Below, piece by piece: positions 38,033 to 49,482 of a DNA stretch of 64,000 nt. Numbering within the stretch: the first letter of the stretch is position 1; each line of letters begins with the position of its first letter. The notes beneath the pieces are model-generated. The model saw only the letters and a list, made by a program, of their open reading frames with translations. It ran no database searches and was not told the DNA's origin. The translations under genes and the position numbers were made by a program. This stretch comes from Octopus vulgaris (taxonomy: Eukaryota): contig OX597821.1 in the NCBI GenBank assembly GCA_951406725.2, positions 24,118,001 through 24,182,000 on the forward strand. Reading direction: 5' to 3'.

Positions 38033-39239
38033 TTATGTCCGGGTTCCAGTTAGTAATTTTCCTTATGACATAAATACACTATTGGATTTGAATTTAAAAT
38101 TATGTATGTCCGGATTCCAGTTAGTGATTTTCCTTATGACATAAATACACTATTGGATTTGAATTTAAAATTATGTATGTCCGGGTTCCAGTTAGTGATT
38201 TTCCTTATGACATAAATACACTATTGGATTTGAATTTAAAATTATGTATGTCCGGGTTCCAGTTAGTAATTTTCCTTATGACATAAATACACTATTGGAT
38301 TTGAATTTAATATTATGTATGTCTGGGTTCCAGTTAGTGATTTTCCTTATGACATAAATACACTATTGGATTTGAATTTAAAATTATGTATGTCCGGATT
38401 CCAGTTAGTGATTTTCCTTATGACATAAATACACTATTGGATTTGAATTTAAAATTATGTATGTCCGGGTTCCAGTTAGTGATTTTCCTTATGACATAAA
38501 TACACTATTGGATTTGAATTTAAAATTATGTATGTCCGGATTCCAGTTAGTGATTTTCCTTATGACATAAATACACTATTGGATTTGAATTTAAAATTAT
38601 GTATGTCCGGATTCCAGTTAGTGATTTTCCTTATGACATAAATACACTATTGGATTTGAATTTAAAATTATGTATGTCCGGATTCCAGTTAGTGATTTTC
38701 CTTATGACATAAATACACTATTGGATTTGAATTTAAAATTATGTATGTCCGGGTTCCAGTTAGTGATTTTCCTTATGACATAAATACACTATTGGATTTG
38801 AATTTAAAATTATGTATGTCCGGATTCCAGTTAGTGATTTTCCTTATGACATAAATACACTATTGGATTTGAATTTAAAATTATGTATGTCCGGGTTCCA
38901 GTTAGTGATTTTCCTTATGACATAAATACACTATTGGATTTGAATTTAAAATTATGTATGTCCAGATTCCAGTTAGTGATTTTCCTTATGACATAAATAC
39001 ACTATTGGATTTGAATTTAAAATTATGTATGTCCGGGTTCCAGTTAGTGATTTTCCTTATGACATAAATACACTATTGGATTTGAATTTAAAATTATGTA
39101 TGTCCGGATTCCAGTTAGTGATTTTCCTTATGACATAAATACACTATTGGATTTGAATTTAAAATTATGTATGTCCGGGTTCCAGTTAGTGATTTTCCTT
39201 ATGACATAAATACACTATTGGATTTGAATTTAAAATTAT
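38033..39239. repeat. 71-bp tandem repeat, 17 near-identical copies
   Basis: Unit atgtatgtccgg(g/a)ttccagttagtgattttccttatgacataaatacactattggatttgaatttaaaatt, period 71 (38041, 38112, ... 39177). Confidence 0.95.
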
Positions 39240-39963
39240 CATTATCTTCCGCACGGTTGGTCAATTGAGAGCCGCCCGACCTCTACCACACTGTACAAGC
39301 AAAACATACACATCCACTTCTAACCCTAAACCCACACATCCACACAGAGACTCACACACACATGCACACACACATGAATACACCCCTACACCTCTCTACA
39401 CATCCGCTAAGTTGCAGAGTGCATGTCTTTCATCACATGGCTTATAGACAAATCAGTACAGGCAGCAGTGTCTAACACTAACGCACACACTCACACGTAC
39501 ATCCGCATATACGCATAGATATTAATACACTTTCCTATACAGTGTCAGGGAATATATATATATATATATATTTCTATGTGTGTTTGTCTTGGTGCTTGTC
39601 CCTTCCACTACCGCTTGACAACCGGTGTTAGTGTGTTTGCGTCTCTGTAACCTAGCGGTTCGGCCTAAGAGACCGATAGAATAAGTACCAAGCTTAAAAA
39701 ATAAGTTCTGGGGTCGATTTCAAGTTAGTGCCCCAGCATGACCGCAGTCTAATGACTGAAACAAGTAAAAAATAAAAGATAATTGATATACTTGAATAGT
39801 TTTCAATCCTATTCCATCCGATGAAGCGGTCCTAACAATTTTTCCAGCTCTGTAACGATTCTGGCATTTTCCTGAATACACATATACTTTTCTGACGGTT
39901 AATTAAATATTCCCTAACGAACAAAACGGCTGGAAATGCTGCTTGAACGAGTGCAAATACTAA

Positions 39964-40308
39964 AAGAAAGGTAAAGACCCCCTTCGGTCATGAATAACCA
40001 TGGGATTGCACCTAGAAAGTTACCCTCCTAGACACAAGTGCGAGCAAGGTTGTTTATGGAAGACCAGCAGTCGCCCATGCATACCAGCCTCCCCTCTCCA
40101 TGCCACTACTGTTATCCAAGGGAAAGACAAAGGTCGATACAGCTTGGCACCACTGACGTCGCAACTCATTTCTACAGCTGAGTGAACTGGAGCAACGTGA
40201 AATAAAGTGCTTTGCTCAAGAACACAAAACGCAGCCCGGTCCGGGATTCGAGCTCACAACCTCACGATCGTAAGCTCGACGCTCTAACCACTGAGCCATG
40301 CACCTTCA
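39964..40308 (-). mobile_element. tRNA-derived CORE-like SINE with TSD caaatacta
   Basis: Minus head gtgaaggtgcatggctcagtggttagagc..gctcgaatccc. caaatacta is duplicated on both flanks. Confidence 0.9.
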
Positions 40309-40495
40309 CAAATACTAGCTTTTAATTAATAAAATGATTCTAGAGAACTGCTATAAACGATACAAAACATTTTTCCAAGGCATGGATTGATTACAGAAAA
40401 AGCGTTTGACAGCGTTTCCCATAACTAGATTCAGAAATGCTTGAAAATTTTATAAAGTTTCTCCAGTTATTGGCAATTTTCTATCAATTAGTATG

Positions 40496-40881
40496 GATGG
40501 AAGCACTCCGTCGGTTCCGACGACGAGGGTTCCGGTTGATCCGATCAACGGAACTGCCTGCTCGTGAAATTAACGTGTAAGTGACTGAGCACTCCACAGA
40601 CACGTGTACCCTTAACGTAGTCCTCGGGGATATTCAGCGTGACACAGAGAGTGACAAGGCCGGCCCCTTGAAATACAGGTACAACAGAAACAGGAAGTAA
40701 GAGTGAGAGAAAGTTGTGGTGAAAGAGTACAGCAGGGATCACCACCATCCCCTGCCGGAGCCTCGTGGAGCTTTAGGTGTTTTCGCTCAATAAACACTCA
40801 CAACGCCCGGTCTGGGAATCGAAACCGCGATCCTACGACCGCGAGTCCGCTGCCCTAACCACTGGGCCATTGCGCCTCCAC
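40496..40881 (-). mobile_element. tRNA-derived SINE with 11-bp TSD caattagtatg
   Basis: Minus head ggaggcgcaatggcccagtggttagggcagcggactcgcg..gtttcgattccc. TSD at 40485-40495 and 40882-40892. Second copy at 53522-53905. Confidence 0.9.
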
Positions 40882-41193
40882 CAATTAGTATGAAGCTCTG
40901 GAAGACAACTCTAATATTGAATTCAGAGGCAAGTATTGTGAACGCTAGTGACATTAATATAGACTGTGGTGTTTTCCGAGCTGATTATTCACCAATTCTC
41001 TTTTGCAGGGTTTCATTTCCTTAAGTAAGCTATTGAATGACGGAAGCCATGGGTATAGAGTAAAGGAGAGATTAATTAAGCCCCATAAATGTGCTTGAGC
41101 AATATTCTTTAAAACAAAACCCTTGAAAATCTACACTATATGGCTAGAAAAGACCACCATAATCAAAGTCCAGAAGGAAACTACAAGTGTTTA

Positions 41194-42102
41194 CGAGGTC
41201 TGATCAATAAGTATCCGGACTGTTGCCATAGTAACAAAACTAAAACATGCAGAGTGAAGCCGCTTGGCACAGATTGACCTTGACCTCTGTTGTGGATACA
41301 CACTAACATTCTAGCTCACTTCTGCTGTTTACAGCAGTGCTTGGAGGGAAGGTGTGTAGCGTGTGATCGTCGCATTGACCATGACAGAGAAAGTTGTCAT
41401 GGCGATACCTGCTCAAAGGCCTACGCAAAGTTGCAGAAATTGAATGGAGAGGAGTGTATGAGCCGCACACAAGTGTACGAGTGGTTCAGATGTTTCCAAA
41501 ATGGCTGAAAAAATGTCGATATTGTCGAAAGTCCTGGGAGACCCGTAACCAGCAGAACTGAGAAAAACATCACAGATGTGCGTGCAGCTGTGAGGGGAAA
41601 TCGTCGAATCACCATCCGTGAGTTATCAGAGGATGTGAAGATTAGTTACGGTTCAGTTCAGTCCATTATCACTGAAGATTTGGGTATGAGACGCGTGTCT
41701 GCCAAGTTTGTGTCAAAAGTGCTTTCAGCTGACCAAAAAGACACTCGGGGTTTCAGTTGCACAAGATCTCCTTGGTTGTTTCGAAAACAATGAAAACTTT
41801 TTGAAAACTTTGCGTAGGCCTCAGAGCAAGTATCGCTAAGATTTTGGCAAAATTTGATGCAGATTCTCTGCTCAACTTTCTCTGTTATGGTCAATACGAT
41901 GATCACACGCTCCTCTGTCATGGCCAATGCTACACACCTTCCTTCCAAGCACTACTGTAAACAGCGGAAGTGAGCAAGAACGTTAAAACTTAGTGCGCAT
42001 GCACAGTAGAGTTCAAGGTCAATCTGTGCCGAGCGGATTTACTCTGCGTGTTTTAGCTTCGTTACTATGGTTACAGCCTGGATACTTATTGATCAGATCA
42101 CG
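41194..42102. mobile_element. Mariner-derived fold-back element (two 5' ends), TA TSD
   Basis: TA|cgaggtctgatcaataagtatcc ... ggatacttattgatcagatcacg|TA with inverted arms over 200 bp. Encodes only the N-terminal HTH region (MSRTQVYEWF..GRP..RRITIREL..LGMRRVSAKFV). Confidence 0.9.
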
Positions 42103-43134
42103 TAGATGTGCGTGAAGAGGATGACACCCAGCATCCACAAATGTGCAAGAAAATACGGAAAGAAAACTATCAAAGAGTCGACCTGTCCTAAAAAGGGAAT
42201 TTAAAGCGAGAAACAGGGTTGATGCTGTCACCATTCTGTTGCTATCTACAGTTTTAATATAAAATTGTCCCTCGATGAGATAAGTAAAACTGATACAAAT
42301 TTACGTCATTATTGACACCTAAATAACACTAATGATTGGATACTTGAACTTGTTTGAAAGCCATACCAAGAAACTACGCTCAATATCAAAAGCAGCAAAG
42401 AAATATGCAAAGGAATTAAAGATCATCGAGGCTGAGGAGCAACTAAATGGTACATAAAAACCCTCTGAAAAACTAACCTAATTAAAAGTACAAATCAATT
42501 AAAATCTCAGGGCTACTTAATAAATGAGAAAATAAAGCATTATATGGTAAATACTCTACTAGGGCCAGCGATTCTGATACTGATACACATATGACCCATC
42601 AGTGGCTGTCAGCACCTGGACTAAAATAATAAGCAGAGGGATTCATTATAGCAGCTTAGGATCAGAGTCTGCTCACTAGAAATCATCAATATTCTTTAAG
42701 TAGTTCTAATTCTTGCTGTCGTGTTTGTAGTATAGCCAGAGAAACAGTTGGTCCTCTCATCTCTGATTGTCCTTTTAACCTCAAATGCGTATACTAATTG
42801 CCATGACAGACTTGGCTAGTATTTGCATCAGATCAAATGCCTACAGTTTGGTGAAGAACTGGTGTGAACTGGTGCCAGAGAAATAGAAAATAGAAACATA
42901 ACCGTTCTTTGGGACTTTAAAATTGAAACGGATTGAGTTATTCTGGACAATATATTGCGGTGAAAAATCACATTGACAGAACGAGCTTGCTCAGATAGAC
43001 ATGTCAATTCCAGCAGACTGTTTTGTGAGAACGTTTGGAAAGTTAAGTAAATACAAAGACCTTGGAGTAGAAGTCTCAAAATGTAGCATCAAAGAATGAC
43101 AATTGTACCTGTTGCTATCGGAGTTTTTGGGATG

Positions 43135-44410
43135 ATATAAATGACACACTTAAACTGAACTGAATTTGAAGATTTTTTGCCACTTTTTCTTCAGGAACAA
43201 CATGATGTATTGGTGAACAGCCAAAGGCGTTGGAAAGCATAAAGATTAAAGTCGTAGCCGCAAAAAAGTTAGCTAACATGAAGTACTGGAAGCCATTTGA
43301 ATGTTGGCAAAGAGTTACCTGTACCAGGGTGACTCGCACTGGGTATCAAATTGCGAGCACCACGACTACTGCTCAATATTCTGTAAACATTGCCCTGCAA
43401 CGAAGACTACGAGGCCGTAGCTAGAAAGGAGGGATACAACAAGCGTTCTGATTGCGTCCACACGCCGGAATTTATCCATCAATTACAGGACAAGGTGATG
43501 GAAAATCTGAGCAAGGGAATCCAGGCTTTGGCAAGAGAGATGGTATTGGATTCGCCACCATGAAGCTGGCCTTGAATGAAGTCCCTCGTTAGCACTCATA
43601 CAAGAGGAACAAGGGATAATTCTGACGGCCTAGGCCTAGGAAAACCGCTTGACGAAGGTAAAGAAGCTCCTGAACAAGCTGAGACATCATGTTGGACCGG
43701 GGATGATTTCGTTCTTCTCAGGTGAAAAGAAAGTCTGTCAGGACCTGTGTCGCAACAGCCAGAACAAGTGACTTGCCAAGAATCCATGTAATGTTCCACG
43801 TATTTTAAACATCAAGTTCACCCAAACTGTTATGGCCTTTGGGTATTTCCAATGACTATGACGTCATGTCGCCCCCACGTCTTTGAATAGGGCCTCAGGT
43901 TTAACTCAGGTGGCTACGTGAAGCTGCTGGAGACCATGGCCAATTCTTGACTGGAGAGGGTTGCTGCTGGAAGCATATATTTGTGGTAGCGGGATTCGGT
44001 TACTTACCACGCCGGAAAGAGTTAGAAATGGTTGTTGGAAAATTACACGACTTAACCAAATCTAATTTCTAGCCCCCTAATTCATTCGATTGTAATCCTA
44101 TGGGTTACTATGTGTGGGGCGTGTTTGAGAAAGACACCAACCGCGCTGCCTGCAACAGCAAAGCTGAGCTGGTGGCCAGGATCAAGGAGGAATTCGAAGA
44201 TCTTTCCAGGGACACATGAGGGACGCAGTCGCTAGGTTCCAGAGTCACCTCGCAGCTGTGATGGAAACTGAGGGCGGCTACTTTTAGAAGACTTATCTTC
44301 AAGCCATAATCGAGTTGATTTTTTTTTTTGAATTTTTACCTTTACTTTTGGATCGGATATTATTTTCTTTCTTTTAAACGAACTGTCAAATTTAGACCGA
44401 ACACCCTGTA
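43135..44410 (+). mobile_element. Degenerate DD37D-like Tc1/mariner element
   Basis: W*RDSV..H and F*PPNSFDCNPMGYYVWG motifs. Right terminus tgtcaaatttagaccgaacaccctg|TA; left TIR not evident. Confidence 0.75.
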
Positions 44411-44808
44411 CTCTTTACTCTTTTACTCTTTTACTTGTTTCAGTCATTTGACTGCGGCCATGCTGGAGCACCGCCTTTAGTCGAGCAAATCGACCCCGGG
44501 ACTTATTCTTTGTAAACCCAGTACTTATTCCATCGGTCTCTTTTGCCGAACCGCTAAGTGACAGGAACGTAAACACACCAGCATCGCTTGTCAAGCAATG
44601 CTAGGGAGACAAACACATACATACATATATACATATACATATATACGACAGGCTTCTTTCAGTTTCCGTCTACCAAATCCACTCACAAGGCATTGGTCGG
44701 CCCGGGGCTATAGTAAAATACACTTGCCCAAGATGCCACGCAGGGGGACTGAACCTGGAACCATGTGGTTGGTTAGCAAGCTACTTACCACATAGTCACT
44801 CCTGCGCC
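44410..44808 (-). mobile_element. Full-length SINE (2156 family), antisense
   Basis: Reverse complement of 2156-2551. Confidence 0.9.
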
Positions 44809-46519
44809 TACTGTGATGAAATACTAAGAAATCCAAAAAGTAACAAAACTAAGAAAAATTGTTTCCATGGGTACAACCCACATTTTAACAAAAAACGAAA
44901 CAAAAACAAAAACAAAACAAAAAAAAAACCAATTAGCATGACAATGTTTGAGTCTTAAAATCTTTTAAAATTGCAAAGATTACAATAAACTTTTAACGGA
45001 ATCTTCTCAGTCTTTGGTGTCCTTTCCTTAAAATATATCGTTGCTACCCATAAATAATAGTCAAAGTAAAACATCTAACTTGCTATTACTTGAGGTTTCT
45101 GAGTGAGATATGGAATAGTTTGTATAAAATAAAGCAACAAAAACAATGAAAACATAATATATTGCTTTTTAACTCAGACTGAAGGCCAGCAATTTCAGCA
45201 GAAAGGGTTAACCGATTAAATAGATCCAGAATTTGATAATAATCTTATCAACCACAGAAGACTGAAAGGTAAAATCAACTTATGTGGGATTGGAATTCGG
45301 AACGTAAAAAGCTGCAATTGAATACCGTACAATACTTTGCTCTATGCTCTAACAATTCTGTCAATTCAATACCTTCTTTCTTGTGATCACAGAGGGAAAT
45401 TAAATACATAATAATTCATGCATACAAAATATGACGCGTTAAAACGGGATTTACGTAAACATGTGCGGTAGGACAAAAGAGTGATAGGAGAGGGAGGTAT
45501 CAGGGCCGTTGTACAAAGGAGACATTTCAAAGCTTGGTGCTACAAATGAAAACATAAAGTAAACAATTACAAAAGAAGACGCACATAAGGAATAAAATAT
45601 GGAAGAAGTACACGTATTTAGGGTTTCGTAACCATACAAAGTGTGAGAACCCATTTGTTAGATCAAGCTAGAGCACTCTGCGTCTCTGCCCACTTGCAAC
45701 CGCTCATACCGAAGTCTGCCTGTACTGAAAGGTGTTCGTCAACATTCTCTACACGGGACAAAAAGCATTCCACGTCTCCTGGATGCCGTCATACAACTAC
45801 TTTCAATTTTTATTTTATGGTAGTATTTTCACCAAAAGATGTTTCCATATTGCATTTTACATGTTTTTAGATCGGGACCCGCTTTCCTTTCTTTTCCTTC
45901 AGCTATCCTTTATTTCCAGGTCCTATTGTGTCCCAGTGGACATATGACAATTAGGTCAATGATATTGTTTTGGGTGGAGAGAGGACGGCCTCAGGTCATC
46001 TTCAGCTACCGAAGACGGTGCGGGTTCTTCGGGCCCTCATAGAGTAAAGGTATTGTTTGTTGTTGTTGTTGTAATGAACCATTGCCACTCCTCACTTCTC
46101 TTTCACTGTCACTTACTATGACTTAGCTTCCTAGTCACCCCCCTGACACCGAGGACAAAGCGATTTCATGCTGACCTCTCCTGACCATCTGTATTATGAA
46201 ACTTTTACGTTTACCAAGCAACCATGTTCCTCTACACAAATTTGAAAGTAAGCCAGTGGTCGATATCACTAATAATGTTCCTTATTGTTACGTTTAGGTT
46301 GCGTTGGGCAACATACTTAGGTATAAGTTGATGAGCGGTGGTTTCACGTATAATTTCTACCCATCGTCCACATAGGCGTCGGTCTTGAAGTGAAAATTGA
46401 TTGTTCCGTGGGATTTGCTTTAGCCAATGCCTACAATGTTGTTCAACACATTACCCAGATCGTCCCTAAATTGCTCTTTTCAGAGTATGCTCAACCCTAA
46501 GCCACCTTTCGTGAGGCAT

Positions 46520-46939
46520 ACTCTTACTCTTTTACTCTTTTACTTGTTTCAGTCATATGACTGCGGCCATGCTGGAGCACCGCCCTTAATCGAGCAACTC
46601 GACCCCGGGACTTATTCTTTTGTAAACCCAGTACTTATTCTATCGGTCTCTTTTGCCGAACCGCTAAGAAACGGGGGCATAAACACACCAGCATCGGTTG
46701 TCAAGCAATGCTAGGGGGACAAACACAGACACACAAACACACACACGCACATATATATATATATATATACATATCTACGACAGGCTTCTTTCAGTTTCCA
46801 TCTACCAAATCCACTCATAAGGCTTTGGTCGGCCCGAGGCTATAGTAGAAGACACTTGCCCAAGGTGCCACGCAGTGGGACTGAACCCGGAACCGTGTGG
46901 TCGGTAAACAAGCTACTTACCACACAGCCACTCCTGCGC
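46520..46939 (-). mobile_element. Full-length SINE (2156 family), antisense
   Basis: Reverse complement of 2156-2551. Confidence 0.9.
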
Positions 46940-48300
46940 ATAGGTACATCAGCTTTCTCCTTTTATCTTTGTAAAGTTTTACGAGCAAGAAAACAGAGCC
47001 CATCGTAATAGAGTTTTCATAGCTCTTTCAGGGTTTAAGCCTTGTCTATATTTAGAAGATCCCCATTTGAAACAAAATAGACAAAGCTATATTTCTTTAC
47101 AACTAATGTTTTCGCTGGACAAAACCTGTGTATATGTGTGAGTGCGACTATTTTTTCTTGTGGTTTAAAGTGGAAAGTTCAACGCTTGGAAAGTTCTTTA
47201 TTTTATTCCTCTTTATTGGTATTGTCTATGCGTAAAGTATTGGTGTAAAGTATTTGTCTTCATGTTAATTTTGCCTTCTTGGGCATTTATAGAGATTTTA
47301 GGGTATTTCTGTAGTTGGGAGAATCAAAATTGCTCATGATATTCAAGATCACAAAACAACACCAGAGCCGTATCCTGTTGAGGAGGCTGAGAGAAAGACC
47401 TCAAATCTCAGTATCTAAGGTAGAAGATTCAGTTTTAAAATATGTAGAAGCAACACACATTTAAGGGCTTACAGCGCAGAAAACTTAAAATTGCAAAAGC
47501 CACAACAACAAAAACAAATTATGGAAGTTGCCAGTCCTGAGGCTACAGACGTCACAGTTCGGAAGTCGGCATAGTCCTCATTACCCAGTAGCGAACCATG
47601 AAGCCCATAGATTCCTCTCTTGGTCACGATCCACGAAGACAAGGACAATCACTCCCAGCTACCGTAACAATAGCAATAACAACTACACCCAAGATCAGGA
47701 TGCACCCTCTTATAGCAGTACCACCCCATCCACTTTTGAGGATGGGGACCAGACCGATGCCGAAGGGGGTGAGCAGCAGATCATTTTCAAAGTTATTTTA
47801 AAAGTCACTGAAAACTTATTAAAAAAAAAAAGCTATAAAAGCACGAAGGAGAGTACACCTCTTGTGGAGAGGAGACATTCTCTCTTGGGAAAGAACTCAT
47901 ATCTTATAAAGGCGAATCAATTCCCTGCGAGGAAGAGGAAGTCTTCGCTCTGAACGAGATGAAATTCACAGTTATTTACAAGAATAACAAAGTTCTGATA
48001 TGAGACTTATAGATATATACAAAGAATTTCCAGACGAAATATTGATCAAGAAGGAAAGGGGATCACGTTTGAAACAGCTTGGAAATTACAGAGTACTTGT
48101 ATAAACTTCGGATAGACTTTACAAACTGTTATATTTCAATGATCCAGAGGGCTTGGATCCAAATTTGACTACTATAACCCAAGAGCACCTCACTGCAATA
48201 TCCAGTCATGTGTAACACAGGAAATAAGTTGAACAGAAGCGCAATCAGGAACGCGTGTATCGTTGATCAATGCAAGTTGACGTTTAAGTTTTAGATAAAA

Positions 48301-48691
48301 CTAGCAGTATCGCCCGGCGTTGCTCGGGTTTGTAAGGGAAATAACTATATAAGCATTTTTAGAGATGTAAAGTATAATAGCCATCTCAATATGGCTAACC
48401 ACAAAGGGGGTGTTACTGTAGCTTTTTACGTTCTGAGATTTAATAATACATTTTTAGAGAGTTACTTCCCTTATATATGCCAAAAATGCATTAAAAATGG
48501 GAAAAATTGATGGTAAATTTTTTAAAAATCGTAGACTCATCGTAGACGCGCGCTAATAACCAGAAGGGCTCGATATGAATCACGACTATAAGATACCCGG
48601 TTTTGGTTAAACTGCACCGCAAAATGTGGGAGTAGTTAGGAATCTAAATCGTAGGAGACAGACAGCACACAACCTCACTTTTATATAAAGA
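48301..48691 (-). mobile_element. Short non-autonomous Helitron
   Basis: Minus strand A|TCtttatataaaagtgagg ... hairpin cccg agcaacgc cggg, then cgatactgCTAG|T. No TSD; AT target. Confidence 0.85.
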
Positions 48692-49072
48692 TGTCTTGCT
48701 AAATTATTCTGTTCTATCATATTTTATTATTATTCCCGTGTAAATTTTTAAAGTTTTAATTAGTCTAATTACAATTTGTGTAAGGCCCTTCACCTCTTCT
48801 CTTGTCTTTTTATAAATTATACGCCCACTCCACATATCTTTTGAGGAGCCCTGTTCAATGTTTCATTGTATTTTTCTGTTTATCTTCTGGCCTGGCCTAT
48901 ATGGCTAAGTCTTTACGTTCTGTGTTCAAACGCCACCGGGATCGACTTTTCCTTTCATCCTTTCGAGGTCGATAAAATAAGTACCAGTTTATCACTGGGG
49001 TCGATGTAATGGATTTACCCTCTCCTCCGAAATGACTGGCGTTGTACCTATAGTAGAAAATATTATTATTAC

Positions 49073-49160
<88 letters not shown>

Positions 49161-49164
49161 GCTA

Positions 49165-49390
49165 GAGGGTAGGTGAGGGAGATGGCAGAATCGTTAGCAC
49201 GTCAGGCAAAATTCACATCGACATTTCGCCCGTCTTTACGTTCTGAGTTCAAATTCTGCCGAGATCGAGTTTACCTTTCATCCTTTCGGGGTCGATAAAA
49301 TAAGTACCAGTTGAATAATGGGACCAATGTAAACGACTTACCCTCTCCCCCAAATTTGCTGGCCTTGTGCCAACATTTGAAACTATTATT
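49165..49390 (+). mobile_element. SINE (18648 family) inserted after the (TTA)n tail of a preceding copy (48910-49160)
   Basis: gatggcagaatcgttagcac..gagttcaaattc..cctttcatcctttcggggtcgataaaataagtaccag..ttgaaactattatt. Confidence 0.8.
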
Positions 49391-49482
49391 TTTATTACTA
49401 TTGTCCCGTGGCTCATAAAAGAAATTATCATCATCATCATTATAATAATAATAATAATAATGATAATAATAATTATTATTAT

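Larger units (their letters stand above)
37088..39550 (-). mobile_element. Non-coding PLE-derived insertion with pLTR/hammerhead and an internal 71-bp satellite
   Basis: (TA)n flanks, homology of its left end to 30770-30900, and a hammerhead at 37505-37642. Confidence 0.7.
39800..45150 (+). pseudogene. Old R4/Dong-like RLE LINE, fragmented by five nested insertions
   Basis: Collinear remnants EQNGWK..LLINKMILEN (39918 and 40320), WIDYRK-AFDSVSHN (40383), THQWLSAPGL..EGFIIAA*DQSLLTRN (42594), CRVC..ETV..LISDC (42717), KLSKYKDL..TIVPVAIGVFG (43039) and LRKIVSMGTTHIL (44849). Confidence 0.75.

Noticed and set aside
38033-39239. CRISPR-like appearance of the 71-bp array (also the 78-bp array at 31563)
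   Set aside because: Units are identical end to end with no unique spacers, there are no cas genes, and the context is eukaryotic.
39815-39950. ccgatga...gaaa hammerhead-like motif
   Set aside because: No stem III/UH/stem I closure, and the region translates as LINE RT (EQNGWK...).
40810-40881. tRNA-like sequences at SINE heads (also 2156, 40240 and 53835)
   Set aside because: They continue into SINE bodies with tails and TSDs, so they are not tRNA genes.
47340-48220. ORF 47528-47953 and surrounding coding-like sequence
   Set aside because: No recognisable domain and stops in the flanks. Possibly a decayed retroelement ORF1, but not supportable by eye.
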